Positions 52,501 through 61,169 of a stretch of 64,000 nt of DNA are shown one piece after another. This DNA comes from Squalus acanthias. Its lineage: Eukaryota. The notes below the pieces were generated by a model, which had not been told where the DNA came from, did no database searches, and saw only the letters and a program-made list of their open reading frames with translations. The first letter of the stretch is position 1; each line of letters opens with the position of its first letter. The stretch spans positions 96,536,001-96,600,000 of the forward strand of contig CM059431.1 of assembly GCA_030390025.1 (NCBI GenBank), read 5' to 3'. The position numbers and the translations under genes were made by a program.

Positions 52501-55500
52501 AAATATCTTCAGCGATTGGGGAAAAATAAGAATGATCTTTCTTGCATTTGACCTGAGACACAAGTCCATATTTCTGATGGTTCTCTGCCATTCCTAGTTA
52601 TTTGATACAAGTCTGGTTCTAATATGACTGAAACCCATGAGGTACTTCCCTAGCCATTCAGTAATGGCACTTCTAACTTTGCTTCCTCCTATTGCACACA
52701 CAAATGAATGATAGCACACCAGTAAGTGTTCCATTGTTGAAAGTGTAATACCACACAAAACTTCACTAGTGTTTGGTACAGCACAGATCCGATGGTATTT
52801 GGGTCAGTGATTATAGATTTACTTTAAACACAGACTGAAAAGCTTTCCATTCAATTCATTTTCCTTAAAAAAATTAAATTGATGCACTCACCTTGTAGAA
52901 GAAATACTGGACGAGTTGGGCAATTCGAATGTAATAATAATGGCCATGGACAAGTAGCAACTTCTTGAGATGTTTAAACTTGGGAATACAATAATCACTG
53001 TTTCGTGCAGCTTGACGACCTTCCTTCCCCAAAATACCTGGAGAAACAAAACCTAAGGTGGGCAAAGACTCAAAGAATGACAGCAGTCACACCAATAAAA
53101 GGGGAATTCAAAAAATGTAATTTTTACCTTGCTCTGTTTATATCAATATATCCCCCTCACTGTCCCTTGGCTCGGTTTATATGAGTATATAATTTAGGTA
53201 GGTATGCTGGGCTAGGGTCAGAGTCAGAGCAGAACCTCTGTCTGCCCGTGACCTGCGACACTGACCTTGCTGGAATTCACAGGGTTCAACTCATTTACAT
53301 ATATTTAGGCAGCCTAGGAGTGTAAAATGTGAGAAATACTCTGTGAAGAAGTGAGGAAACTTGTTGCTACAGGATTCAAAAGCAACAGCTCCCCCAAGGA
53401 CCAGCAGATGAGTAATTTATCTTCCAGCATTGGTCAGCATGTTGTATTCTATTGGATACTTACCTTTCTGCTTCTGCAAGAAGATATTGAGAAGGCGCAG
53501 AATTTTCCAGGTGCGAGTGACTTCATGGCAGCCTCTTCAACACGTGTCAGATGTCCCAGATCATTCTCTGCCACCAAAACACTCAACGCACAGAGTTCAG
53601 AATTACTCGGACGCTGACCAAAAGGTATTGTGGAGCTGGTGAGGACACACAGGGAAAGATCGCTGGATCACACACGGGAAGAAACCAGTGAAAGGCGGTG
53701 TGAGAGCTATGTGGGGGGAGGTGCCAATGCCAAGTGAGGAAGTGATGCTTCATCAGTGAGGAACTGAGTCTTGGTTAGACCCCATCTGGAGTACTGTATC
53801 CAATTTTGGGCACTGCATCTCAGGAAAAATATATTGGCCTTGGAGTGGGTGGTTGGAGATTCAGCATGACGCCAGGACATGAAGAGTTAAATTATAAGAA
53901 CAAGTTGCATTAACTTGGTTTATATTCCTTTGAGTTTGAAGGGCAAGCTAATAGAGGTCTTTAAAAAGATGAAGGGATTTGATGGGGTAGAGTCTATTCC
54001 CTCTGGCAGGGGAATCCAGAACAAGGGGGTATAACCTTAAAATTAGAGCTAGGCCGTTCAGGGGTGATGTCAGGTAGCACTTCTTCACACAAAGGGTAGT
54101 GAAAATCTGGAATTCTTTCCCCCAAAAGGCTGTGGATGCTAGGGGTCAATTGAAATTTTCAATACTGAGATCGATAGATTTCTGTTAGGTAAGGGTATTA
54201 AGGGATATGGAGAAAAGGTGGGTAAATAGAGTTGAGGTACATTTCAGCCAGATCTAATATAATGACCAAACAGGATTGAGGGGCTGAATGGCCTCCTCCT
54301 GTTCCTATGTCTGCTGGCACCTGGGAAATTCCTTCACCTAATGTGGTTACTCTTGTTCCAGGAGAAAATGGCACATAATGCCTGGGAGAGATGGTTGGGA
54401 GGGGGGAAAAGAGGACTTTTCCATTCCCCACTGGATTTAATTCTCATGGATCCTGATCTGAAAAGAAGGATTTTGATAAACACCACATGAGGTCCATCTC
54501 CCAGAATGTGCAGATGGTAGGCACCATGTGGAGTCCACTGCCCTCATACAAGGTGACACCAGGACAGCATTTTCCTCATTGCAGAGATCAATGGAGCATG
54601 TGGAAACTTCACTGTAATTTGGGGCCAGTGTTCACCATCTCAACCACAGAAGCACATTGTAGCCCTCAAGGCCTTGGGCGTAGACTGAGAGGCCCACATT
54701 CTGGCCTTCAGCTACCATGGGCCGGGTTACAGAAGACACTCCTGGGGTTTTCAGGATCTGCTGGGGCTCTTGCTGAGGAACAACCACCCTAACCCTGGGC
54801 TCAGTACCAGTACTGCTGCGCTCTCTCAGGTTAGCAGCACGTACCAGGCCCCCACCCTGAGTTTGGGCCCAGTACCAGTGGCATGGCTAGAGGTAATGAG
54901 CAAGATCCAGCTCTCTCTCATCCAGGGATTCCAGTTCTAATCTTCTTTGATCAACAAAGTGTGTAAAGCACAGCAAAAATCTACAGTGCGAAGGACCCAC
55001 ACTAGGCCCTTCTGGAATTCCCTCCCTAAACCTCTCCACCTCTCTTTCCTCCTTTAAGACGCTCCTTAAAACCTACCTCTTTGACCAAGCATTTGGCCAT
55101 CTGCCCTAATATCTCCTTATGTGGCTTGGTATCAAATTTTGTTTGATAATATTCCTGTGAAATGCCTTGGGGCATTTTACATTAAAAGCGCTATATGAAT
55201 ACAAGTTGTTGTTGCTCTCTACAGAATGATCAGCTGCTGAGGATTGTCTTGATGTAGTCATGAGCCATGGGAGCAAAAAGTGCATCTTGTCACCCAGAAT
55301 CCATCTGGAGCCTGACAGTCTTCTCTGAATAGAGCTAGGATCTATCTGACGCATTGTGACAACTCCCAGCAAATCTGGCATTCCAATGGAACCATTGCTG
55401 CTCATCACAGACAATTTGAACATTGAGAGAGTGGAATCCTGTTGTATCCAGGAAATTCAATGGGTTCACAGCAGAGACCCACAATGCAGCCAGAGTCCCA

Positions 55501-58500
55501 TCAATTACCCCTGAACTTTGGGGAAACCAGCAACATAATGGAACTAAATATCCTCGTCACACTGCTGCTGTGATGTCATACCTTAATGGGTTTCCTATAG
55601 ATGGAATCTATGACCTTGAGAATGCAGGAAACATAGAAACATAGAAACATAGAATCTAGGAGCAGGAGTAGGCCATTCAGCCCATCGAGCCTGCTCCACC
55701 ATTCAATACGATCATGGCTGATCATCCAAGTCCCTGCTTTTAATCCCCACAGTACACATATCCCACCCTACCCCCGTAACCCCACGTATTTAATTCCCCC
55801 TAACATATCCCATCCTATCCCCATAACCCCACATATTTAATCCCCCCCTAACACTAAGGGTCAATTTATCATAGCCAAATCAACCTAACCCGCACATTTT
55901 TGGACATGCCCCTCACTGCAGCCTGGAATAAGTCAGTGGCATAAAAGTATTCATTTTAATCAACACTGGCACTTGATCCCAGCTGCAGGACTGGGTGCAG
56001 AACCTAACACAAGCAGGGCTTCCTTACTGAATCTAAATCTGCTAAGATACATCTCCAGACATGCTCTTGTAAGAGCTCCTGGACCTTTTGTCCATAAGAA
56101 TTGGTAATGACAGATTGGTCTTATTCTTTTCCTATGTACCCATATTGTCCTTCACTCCCTTCAGGTCTCCTCCTCTTTTCATCAAAATGGCATAGAGAAA
56201 TTCCCACAGGCAAGCCCATGGTGTTAAGTTATATCTTTTACATTGGGTAGGGGTCAAAAAGTTGACATAGAAGTGTGGCAAAAGGTGTGACAAAAACAAT
56301 TATGGTTTGAAGTCATGCAGTGTGTGCAGAAGATTTTCAATAAGATTTATAGATAGACAATATATGTAAATACATACAAGACAGCATATATAGCTACATG
56401 TACATACACACGCACGGGAACGTGGGTTCACACTATTAGAGTACCTCGCTATTCTTTCTGCGCAGTCTGTGAAACCAGCACATGACGAATTGGAAGTTAA
56501 AACAGCTTTCTGCTGAGCATGGGTTGTAAATTGTGTAAGGGGATTAAAGCAAGGATATCTTCACAGGAAAGAAAATAGTAGAATGTGTAAGAGTCATTCA
56601 GCCATATCTGTAATGGTCTGGAATCTTTCAGCTTGGTCACTTGTGTTTAGGGGATGGGAAGAGTTTATGGCAGCAATAAAACAATTAGAACGGTTAAGTG
56701 CCTGTTTGTTTAGTTTATGTTGTTATTCTGTTGGCATTTGTATGTATCTTTGATGTACTATTGGTAGTACGCATGGAATGTAGTGATCAAAGGTGAAATT
56801 TGGTACAAGAAATGTGAGGGAATGACTGTTCAGCAGCTCGCTCTCATACTGAAATCTGTAGTATGGAAAGACCTGAGCTCTCCTCCTGGTTTTGTGTAGT
56901 ATGAAAAGACTTGTGCACTCATACTGGTTGCGGATAGTATGAGGTTTCAATAAAGTTGTGATCCTGCATTACTAAAACTGAGTGTATGTGTAATCTGGCG
57001 TTTAAAGTCGAGATGAAAAAGCAGTCCAACAACACACACTCGCGTGCACAAACTCGCATACCAAATTCTTTGATCATGCCTTTGTCACCCTCATCTCCAA
57101 AGAAAGCAGAAAGTAATTTCCTTCCTTAGTAGAATAGCCCTTCTCCTTGGGCGACTTAATAGAAGCAGCTGTGTTCACTTGTGTATGCGTCGAGGCTGCC
57201 GTTTCCAATCATGCTGCCAAACATATTTTCACTCCCTCCTTTCCCTCTTTCTCTGTGGGTGCCTATTACTAAGAGGATTCTTGACACTCAATGCCATTTT
57301 TGATGTAGGTGCTGAATTCAGTCACAGTTGTAGGGCTGCAACTAACTCTGGGACTTTCAATCAGGGTGGACTCCAGTAGATTGCAATTCAAGACAGTCTC
57401 AGCTGATCAGCACAGAACAGTCTAAGCTAGAACTGAAACCAGATAAAAGTGAAAACTGTCAACAAAACTTTCCTTCTTAAATTTCAGAGACTGAAAAAGA
57501 GTTAGCTGGCAAAAAGAAACAAGTTAGTTAGTTTGTTTCTCGTGTGTGGCAGACAACAAATCTAAGATTGCGACCAAAGGTGGTGGGAAAGTACCGAGGG
57601 CCACCTCAGAATGAGGAAGTTACAGCCCCAGTGCACACTAAGAGTCTGCGGAACAGGCTGGAGGGGCTGAATGGCCTACTCCTGTTCCTGTGTCCCTTCT
57701 GATCTACCCAATGTGGTGGCAATTTCTATTTGCATTTGCAAGTTGAATAGATGACGTAGATTCTGAGCTCCAGTGGCCTAGTGATGCGGACGAGAGGTTA
57801 AATCACAGAGAAGTAGAGATCAGGGAGGCCATTCAGTCCGTCTAAGATCAAACTCCAATAGAGATTAAATAGTTCCAGAGTTTTTGCCCTCACAGAATAC
57901 TGTAACCCAGAAACCATACCTAGCATTAATCAAAAAAAAGAATTTTGCAAATCATTTAAAAAGATCAAAATTTGTTTCAAAAACGAATGCATCATCTTAC
58001 CTATTCCAACATGGGCTTCCAGAATCATACTGACATCATTAGCCCCATCACCAATTGCCAAGGTTATGGGATGCTCTTTTGAAGTTTTGATCAATTTAAC
58101 TATCTGCAGATAAGGGTTAAAAGAATAAACACGGGTTAAAGGGTTCAATGCAACTTGGAACATCCTTCTACCCCATTATATCAGTAAGTAAACCTAAAAT
58201 ACATTCAGGAGAGTGACTCGGAAATTCTCCTATTCCCCATTCCCATTCCCCAATCAGCACCGATATTCACACCCCATTCTCCAATCAGCATTGACCTTCA
58301 CACCCCATTCTCCAATCAGCACCGACCTTCACACCCCATTCTCCAATCAGCACCGACCTTCACACCCCATTCTCCAATCAGCACCGACCTTCACACCCCA
58401 TTCTCCAATCAGCACCGACCTTCACACCCCATTCTCCAATCAGCATTGACCTTCACACCCCATTCTCCAATCAGCACCGACCTTCACACCCCATTCTCCA

Positions 58501-59047
58501 ATCAGCATTGACCGTCACACCCCATTCTCCAATCAGCACCGACCTTCACACCCCATTCTCCAATCAGCACCGACCTTCACACCCCATTCTCCAATCAGCA
58601 CCGACCTTCACACCCCATTCTCCAATCAGTGCTGACCTCCAGATCCCAGGGCTATACTCATGCTGACAAACGTAGGAGGCCATAATAATGCTACTTGACA
58701 TAACAGCCTTGCTCCAATAAAATCTCCGAAATACTGTGAGCAACACCACGGGAGATGCAGCATACATGTAAAATGTAGGTTTAACAGTTTGTTTTCGAAG
58801 GAACATTCAGCGTAACAAGAGTGCACTTAACATATATAATTAGCAGATAGATGAACATTCAAGGCTAACCTGTGCTTTCTGTAAAGGCGCCATTCTGCAG
58901 CATAAGACTCCACTACAGTTACGACATATTTCCAGAAACAGATCTTTGTAATTACTTGAAGAGCCATTTTCGGCAGGTTTCAGGACGAGTGAAAGTGTGG
59001 CTCCATCAATGATCAAACCATAATCGTGTAAATCATTCTGAGAAAAT
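1450..59047 (-). CDS. ATP11A: ATP11A, P4-ATPase phospholipid flippase; 3' portion, multi-exon, 5' exons lie beyond the right edge of the window
   Basis: Ten exons joined by hand (58870-59047, 58001-58103, 52892-53037, 46646-46705, 36896-37023, 35159-35294, 32427-32492, 21123-21226, 15276-15441, 1450-1527). All introns are GT-AG with matching phases; total 1165 nt. The peptide contains [36 protein letters not shown] and the C-terminus [17 protein letters not shown], which I recognise from vertebrate ATP11A. Confidence 0.95.
1690..2435. repeat. Compound minisatellite of 20-bp (CAGAAACTTGTGCACATCTA) and 23-bp (CAGAAACTTGTGCACAACACRTG) units
   Basis: Direct reading of the sequence; it explains the spurious repetitive ORFs in several frames. 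Confidence 0.95.
2800..3070. repeat. Degenerate tandem repeat of about 22-23 bp (GAAACRTGCCTGTRCA core)
   Basis: Recurrent gaaac-gtgcctgt-ca motifs. Confidence 0.6.
3073..3203 (-). mobile_element. L2 LINE 3' end, interrupted by the CR1 cluster and resuming at about 9253
   Basis: Same tail (caacaacttgtatttata...gatgaccaaaag) as the L2 copies at 38505 and 47296. Confidence 0.75.
6991..8486 (+). mobile_element. Internally deleted CR1 nested in the previous CR1
   Basis: ORF1-ORF2 linker and APE start ([10 protein letters not shown]...GKSDHNM), then a jump near 8268 to the 3' end with hairpin and (TTTCTATG) tail. Confidence 0.8.
7635..7948 (-). mobile_element. Short CR1-derived insertion with a doubled 3' tail
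   Basis: Flanked by TSD TAATCAT (7628-7634 and 7949-7955); carries two CR1-type hairpin tails. Confidence 0.75.
9019..9252 (+). mobile_element. CR1 3' fragment, (ATGACTCT)-tail subfamily
   Basis: CR1-type end of ORF2 followed by a hairpin and atgactctatgattctatg tail. Confidence 0.75.
9253..9932 (-). mobile_element. L2 LINE fragment (C-terminal RT region)
   Basis: [17 protein letters not shown]...YFHL motif on the minus strand. Confidence 0.8.
10030..12426 (+). mobile_element. 5'-truncated CR1 LINE (late APE, RT, 3' tail)
   Basis: ORFs 10141-10797, 10849-11868 and 11844-12092 carry SDHN, QHGF, GVPQG and FADDTK; tail ttctatgattctatg. Confidence 0.92.
12427..13620 (-). mobile_element. Old degenerate L2 LINE remnant
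   Basis: Minus-strand GVPQGS-LGP-like segment at about 12470-12500, followed by purine-rich L2-like sequence; the boundaries are approximate. Confidence 0.55.
15276..15441 (-). CDS. ATP11A: ATP11A exon ([12 protein letters not shown]...[12 protein letters not shown]), TM10 region
   Basis: Acceptor tgttttcttctcag| and donor CAG|gtaacg; 166 nt. Confidence 0.96.
15709..15829 (-). repeat. Short 3' LTR (about 121 bp) of the minus-strand Gypsy element
   Basis: Starts TGTAATA directly after PPT AAGGAGGGAGAAA, contains AATAAA, and ends ...ATATCTCA. The 3' end is inferred because no second LTR is available. Confidence 0.7.
15808..15823 (+). promoter_or_regulatory. CTCF consensus motif inside the LTR
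   Basis: TCCACCAGGTGGCACT fits the CTCF core CCASYAGRKGGCRS; motif only, no binding data. Confidence 0.45.
16728..17310 (-). mobile_element. CR1 3' fragment inserted in the Gypsy integrase
   Basis: [13 protein letters not shown]...[10 protein letters not shown] plus hairpin tail interrupts the integrase after AERTVQ. Confidence 0.9.
20482..20704. mobile_element. Palindromic Penelope-like terminal fragment with 17-bp TSD
   Basis: Inverted arms of about 85 bp centred near 20575; direct repeat CTGATGTCTCCTTTTAT at 20465-20481 and 20705-20721. The PLE assignment is inferred from the structure and a hammerhead-like motif. Confidence 0.65.
21123..21226 (-). CDS. ATP11A: ATP11A exon ([34 protein letters not shown]), TM9 region
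   Basis: Acceptor ttttgttttcatag| and donor CTG|gtaagt; 104 nt. Confidence 0.95.
21604..21990 (+). mobile_element. CR1 RT fragment
   Basis: aagtttgcagaggatacaaaa (KFAxDTK) and KCEVIHFG segments. Confidence 0.75.
21995..26092 (+). mobile_element. CR1 LINE (ORF1 esterase, ORF2 APE and RT, 3' tail), interrupted at 22630-23502
   Basis: HIGTND and DGLH esterase motifs; APE; RT GVPQG and FADDTK; internal deletion near 24541; (TTCTTATG) tail. Confidence 0.92.
22630..23502 (-). mobile_element. Inverted CR1 3' fragment nested in CR1
   Basis: TSD TTACA at 22625-22629 and 23503-23507; closely related to the copy at 61170-62430. Confidence 0.88.
27694..27874. mobile_element. Second palindromic Penelope-like fragment, inserted in the Gypsy element, with 14-bp TSD
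   Basis: Same family as 20482-20704; ATCTACAGTATCTA is repeated at 27680-27693 and 27875-27888. Confidence 0.65.
30088..30682. mobile_element. CR1 3' fragment with an internal inversion
   Basis: Minus-strand body at 30372-30682, plus-strand 3' end at about 30122-30370, and a minus-strand tail remnant at 30088-30121. Confidence 0.75.
30795..32316 (+). mobile_element. CR1 ORF2 fragment (APE to early RT), 3'-truncated
   Basis: YRPP, GDFN, NDH and [10 protein letters not shown] motifs. Confidence 0.88.
32427..32492 (-). CDS. ATP11A: ATP11A exon ([22 protein letters not shown]), TM8 region
   Basis: Acceptor tttatcttttcag| and donor AAG|gtatgt; 66 nt. Confidence 0.95.
32847..32965. repeat. Three tandem 39-bp units
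   Basis: Units start at 32847, 32886 and 32925 (CACCTGAGGCAGGTGTACTGAGGCGGTTAC...). Confidence 0.8.
33225..33840 (-). mobile_element. L2 LINE 3' fragment
   Basis: FKSLHSL..YLCNL..IGGRAF..LWNS motif on the minus strand. Confidence 0.8.
34165..34428 (+). mobile_element. Deu-domain SINE, 5'-truncated (SacSINE1/AmnSINE1-like)
   Basis: Deu-like core and tail gcgctatataaatgcaagtctttctttc; matches the fuller copy at 60364-60830. Confidence 0.75.
34758..34781 (-). CDS. ATP11A: Candidate 24-nt ATP11A microexon (LMRANLNM)
   Basis: Minus strand reads ttttgctgtttgcttctctttctaacaccag|CTAATGAGGGCCAACTTGAACATG|gtaaga. It is in frame and stop-free between two phase-0 exons. Confidence 0.7.
35159..35294 (-). 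CDS. ATP11A: ATP11A exon ([16 protein letters not shown]...[10 protein letters not shown]), TM7 region
   Basis: Acceptor cttctcaaccaccag| and donor CAG|gttagt; 136 nt. Confidence 0.95.
35410..35760 (-). mobile_element. Degenerate tRNA-headed SINE, same family as 59105-59495
   Basis: Reverse-complement similarity seen by eye. Confidence 0.55.
36896..37023 (-). CDS. ATP11A: ATP11A exon ([42 protein letters not shown]), TM6 region
   Basis: Acceptor cttcctttacag| and donor CAG|gtgagc; 128 nt; contains the YNxxFTSLP motif. Confidence 0.95.
37210..38500 (-). mobile_element. CR1 LINE RT and 3' end
   Basis: ORF 37537-38247 ([16 protein letters not shown]) and hairpin tail at about 37210-37270. Confidence 0.9.
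38505..40335 (-). mobile_element. L2 LINE (RT to 3' tail)
   Basis: [26 protein letters not shown] and LHWLPVK motifs. Confidence 0.9.
40700..41122 (-). mobile_element. Degenerate Deu-domain SINE
   Basis: Colinear similarity to 60364-60830. Confidence 0.7.
41700..42135 (+). mobile_element. Old CR1 3' remnant
   Basis: [13 protein letters not shown] segment and tggaatggactg motif. Confidence 0.55.
42895..46087 (+). mobile_element. CR1 RT-3' element carrying two nested CR1 insertions (43706-44183 minus; 44685-45770 plus)
   Basis: RT motifs throughout. The second insert has TSD TGGCTGGA at 44677-44684 and 45771-45778. Confidence 0.88.
46646..46705 (-). CDS. ATP11A: ATP11A exon ([20 protein letters not shown]), TM5 region
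   Basis: Acceptor tgttgttttccag| and donor CAG|gttagt; 60 nt; absent from the ORF track, read directly from the sequence. Confidence 0.95.
47296..48245 (-). mobile_element. L2 LINE 3' portion
   Basis: [15 protein letters not shown] motif and L2 tail; ends at a [12 protein letters not shown] segment. Confidence 0.88.
48259..48445. repeat. G-rich low-complexity tract including a G27 run
   Basis: Poly-G at 48269-48295 and further G runs separated by gcctgtg motifs. Confidence 0.85.
49020..50410 (-). mobile_element. L2 LINE RT fragments, partly duplicated
   Basis: ORF 49045-49635 (LQSG, LSAAFD); a similar segment recurs at about 50000-50400. Confidence 0.8.
50495..50945. mobile_element. Two CR1 3' fragments in opposite orientations
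   Basis: Minus-strand tail at about 50495-50770 and plus-strand tail at about 50775-50945. Confidence 0.6.
51735..52270 (-). mobile_element. Old non-LTR retroelement 3' remnant
   Basis: Shares the 3' tail seen in the SINE at 59105-59495; family not assigned. Confidence 0.45.
52892..53037 (-). CDS. ATP11A: ATP11A exon ([15 protein letters not shown]...LVQYFFYK)
   Basis: Acceptor tttgtttctccag| and donor AAG|gtgagt; 146 nt. Confidence 0.96.
53765..54310 (+). mobile_element. CR1 3' fragment
   Basis: [12 protein letters not shown] segment through to the hairpin tail. Confidence 0.75.
58001..58103 (-). CDS. ATP11A: ATP11A exon (IVKLIK...[21 protein letters not shown])
   Basis: Acceptor tatctgcag| and donor TAG|gtaaga; 103 nt; GDGAND hinge motif. 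Confidence 0.97.
58243..58630. repeat. 31-bp minisatellite (CCTTCACACCCCATTCTCCAATCAGCACCGA), about 12.5 copies
   Basis: CCAATCAG recurs every 31 bp from 58250 to 58622 (13 times). Confidence 0.95.
58870..59047 (-). CDS. ATP11A: ATP11A exon ([15 protein letters not shown]...[11 protein letters not shown])
   Basis: Minus-strand acceptor tgtgttttag| and donor CAG|gttagc; 178 nt; P4-ATPase P-domain motif CCRxxPxQK. Confidence 0.95.
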
Positions 59048-59104
59048 CTAAAACACAGCAATAAAACAATCCTGGGCTAATTATCCTAAATACTCATCAT
59101 TTGG

Positions 59105-59495
59105 ATATGGTAGTGTAGAGATTATGTTACTGGACTAGTAATCCAGAGAACGGGAGTTCAAATCCCACCAGGGCAGTTTGAGAATTTGAGGCAGTTTAAA
59201 AAATCTGGAAATAAAAAGCTGATATCAGCAAAAGTGACCACAAAGTTATTGGAATGTTGTAAAACCCCAACTGATTCACTGGAAGGAAACCTGCTGTCCT
59301 TACCTGTTCTGGCCGATATGTGACTCCAGTCCCACACCAACATAATTGATTCTTAACTGCGCTCTGAAGTGGCCTAGCAAGACACTCAGTTGTATCAAAA
59401 GCGCTACCAGTGGTTCAAGAAGGCCGACCATCACTGTCTCAGGGCAACAAATGCTGGCCTTGCCAGCGATGCCCACATCCTGAGAATGAATTTTT
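59105..59495 (+). mobile_element. tRNA-headed SINE
   Basis: A-box-like TGGTAGTGTAG and B-box GAGTTCAAATCC, followed by a body and a LINE-like tail. Confidence 0.7.
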
Positions 59496-59569
59496 AAAAT
59501 ACTTAAATTTGAAAGAATTGGCTAAAGGGACAAAATATGGTGACTTTGCTCCAATCTCTTAATTTTAGT

Positions 59570-60080
59570 CCAATCTGGTGGCATTGATAAGAAACTGATT
59601 CAGAGGGAGGAGCGGAAAGTTGGAATAAAAGAGATATTCTTGAATTGGCGGGTAACGACCGGGGTCAAGTTTGCAGATCATACTAAGCTAGGAAACAGTG
59701 ATTGTGATGAGAAGAGAAAATTGCAATCAGCTTTGATTAAATGAGTGGGTGGAATGACACGCGAGACGTAGGCTTTGGACAAGTAGTACAGTAAATGGAG
59801 AATACAGCGTGAAAGGGATAGATGAACAAGCAATCAAAAATACCAGAGGGGTGCTGAGTTTCAGCATAACACATATATCTTATATAAAAATTTGAAAACA
59901 AGTACAGGGCACCGGTCAGACCTCATTTGGAATAGTGTGATCTACTTTGGGCGCACCATCTTAGGGAGGATATACTGCCTTGGAGAGAGTCCAGCGATGA
60001 TTCACCTGGATGGTACCAATGATGAAGGGGTTGAGTTATGATGCAAAAATAGGTAGACCTGGGTTGTATTCTCTGGAGAT
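59570..60080 (+). mobile_element. Highly decayed CR1 RT remnant
   Basis: aagtttgcagatcatactaag and agacctcatttggaata motifs. Confidence 0.5.
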
Positions 60081-60363
60081 TTTTTTGATCAGCTGATTGA
60101 CATGCTGAAACCCACCACCGTGTTTAAGACTCTCCAGAAGTCACTGAAAAATCCATGCAGTGTTTCTTTGCCTGATATCTGTTGCACACACTCTCCTTGT
60201 ACGATACTCTACTTATCTAATTCCAGACAGCTTAATCACAAATTGATAAAGGCCAGAGCCTAGGCATCCTGCAACCAGATACTGCTGTAGTTTAATCAGA
60301 TAAAAGCTGCCTAAAGCACCATCTCTGGAAATCCTTCCCCAAACCCCTCAGCCGTTCCAACTT

Positions 60364-60830
60364 TAAAAAAAAGACTTGCATTTATATAGCGCCTTTCACA
60401 ACCACCGGATGCCCCAAAGCGCTTTACAGCCAATGAAGTACTTTTGAAGTGCAGTCACTGTTGTAATGTATGGAAACGCGGCAGCCAATTTGTGGACAGC
60501 AAGTGCCCACAAACAGCAATGTGATAATGACCAGATAATCTGTTTTTTTAGTGATGTTGATTGAGGGTAAATATTGGCCAGGACACCAGGAGAAATCCCC
60601 TGCTCTTCATCGAAATAGTGTCATGGGATCTTTTACATTCGCCTGAGAGCAGACGGGGCCTCGGTTTAATGTCTCATCCGAAAGACGGCACCTCTGACAG
60701 TGCAGCACTCCCTCAGTACTGCACTGGCGTGTCAGCCTGGATTTTGTGCTCAATTCTCTGGAGTGGGACTTGAACCCACAACCTTCTCACTCAAGAGGCG
60801 AGAGTGCTACCAACTGAATCACGGCTGACA
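60364..60830 (-). mobile_element. Near full-length tRNA-headed Deu-domain SINE inserted in an L2 tail
   Basis: B-box GGTTCAAGTCC near 60770 on the minus strand, Deu-like core, and tail gcgctatataaatgcaagtc. Confidence 0.8.
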
Positions 60831-61169
60831 CCTCCTTAAAACCCACTTCTTCCACCAAACTTTTTGTAACCCCTCCTAATATTTCCTTCTTTGGATCAGG
60901 GTCCATTTTTGTCTGGTTACGCCTCCGTGAAACGTTTTGGGATGTTTTTCTATGTTAAAGGTGGTATATAAATGCATGTTGTTGTTATCTGGTGAAGAGT
61001 GGGAAGAACGCGAGCCTCTAATGACCCCTCCAGGCCACATTAATGAGCCAGACTGGCGTGTCAACCGTCTTAAGGAACTGCAACCCTATCTGGCTCAGAT
61101 ATTGGATCAATTCTGCTATGGAGAGTTGATTTAGTTTCACTCCCTCACCACCAGAATGCCATCTTGGAG

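Noticed and set aside
59105..59175. tRNA gene
   Set aside because: A/B boxes are present but there is no cloverleaf, and it continues into a SINE body; the same applies near 60770.
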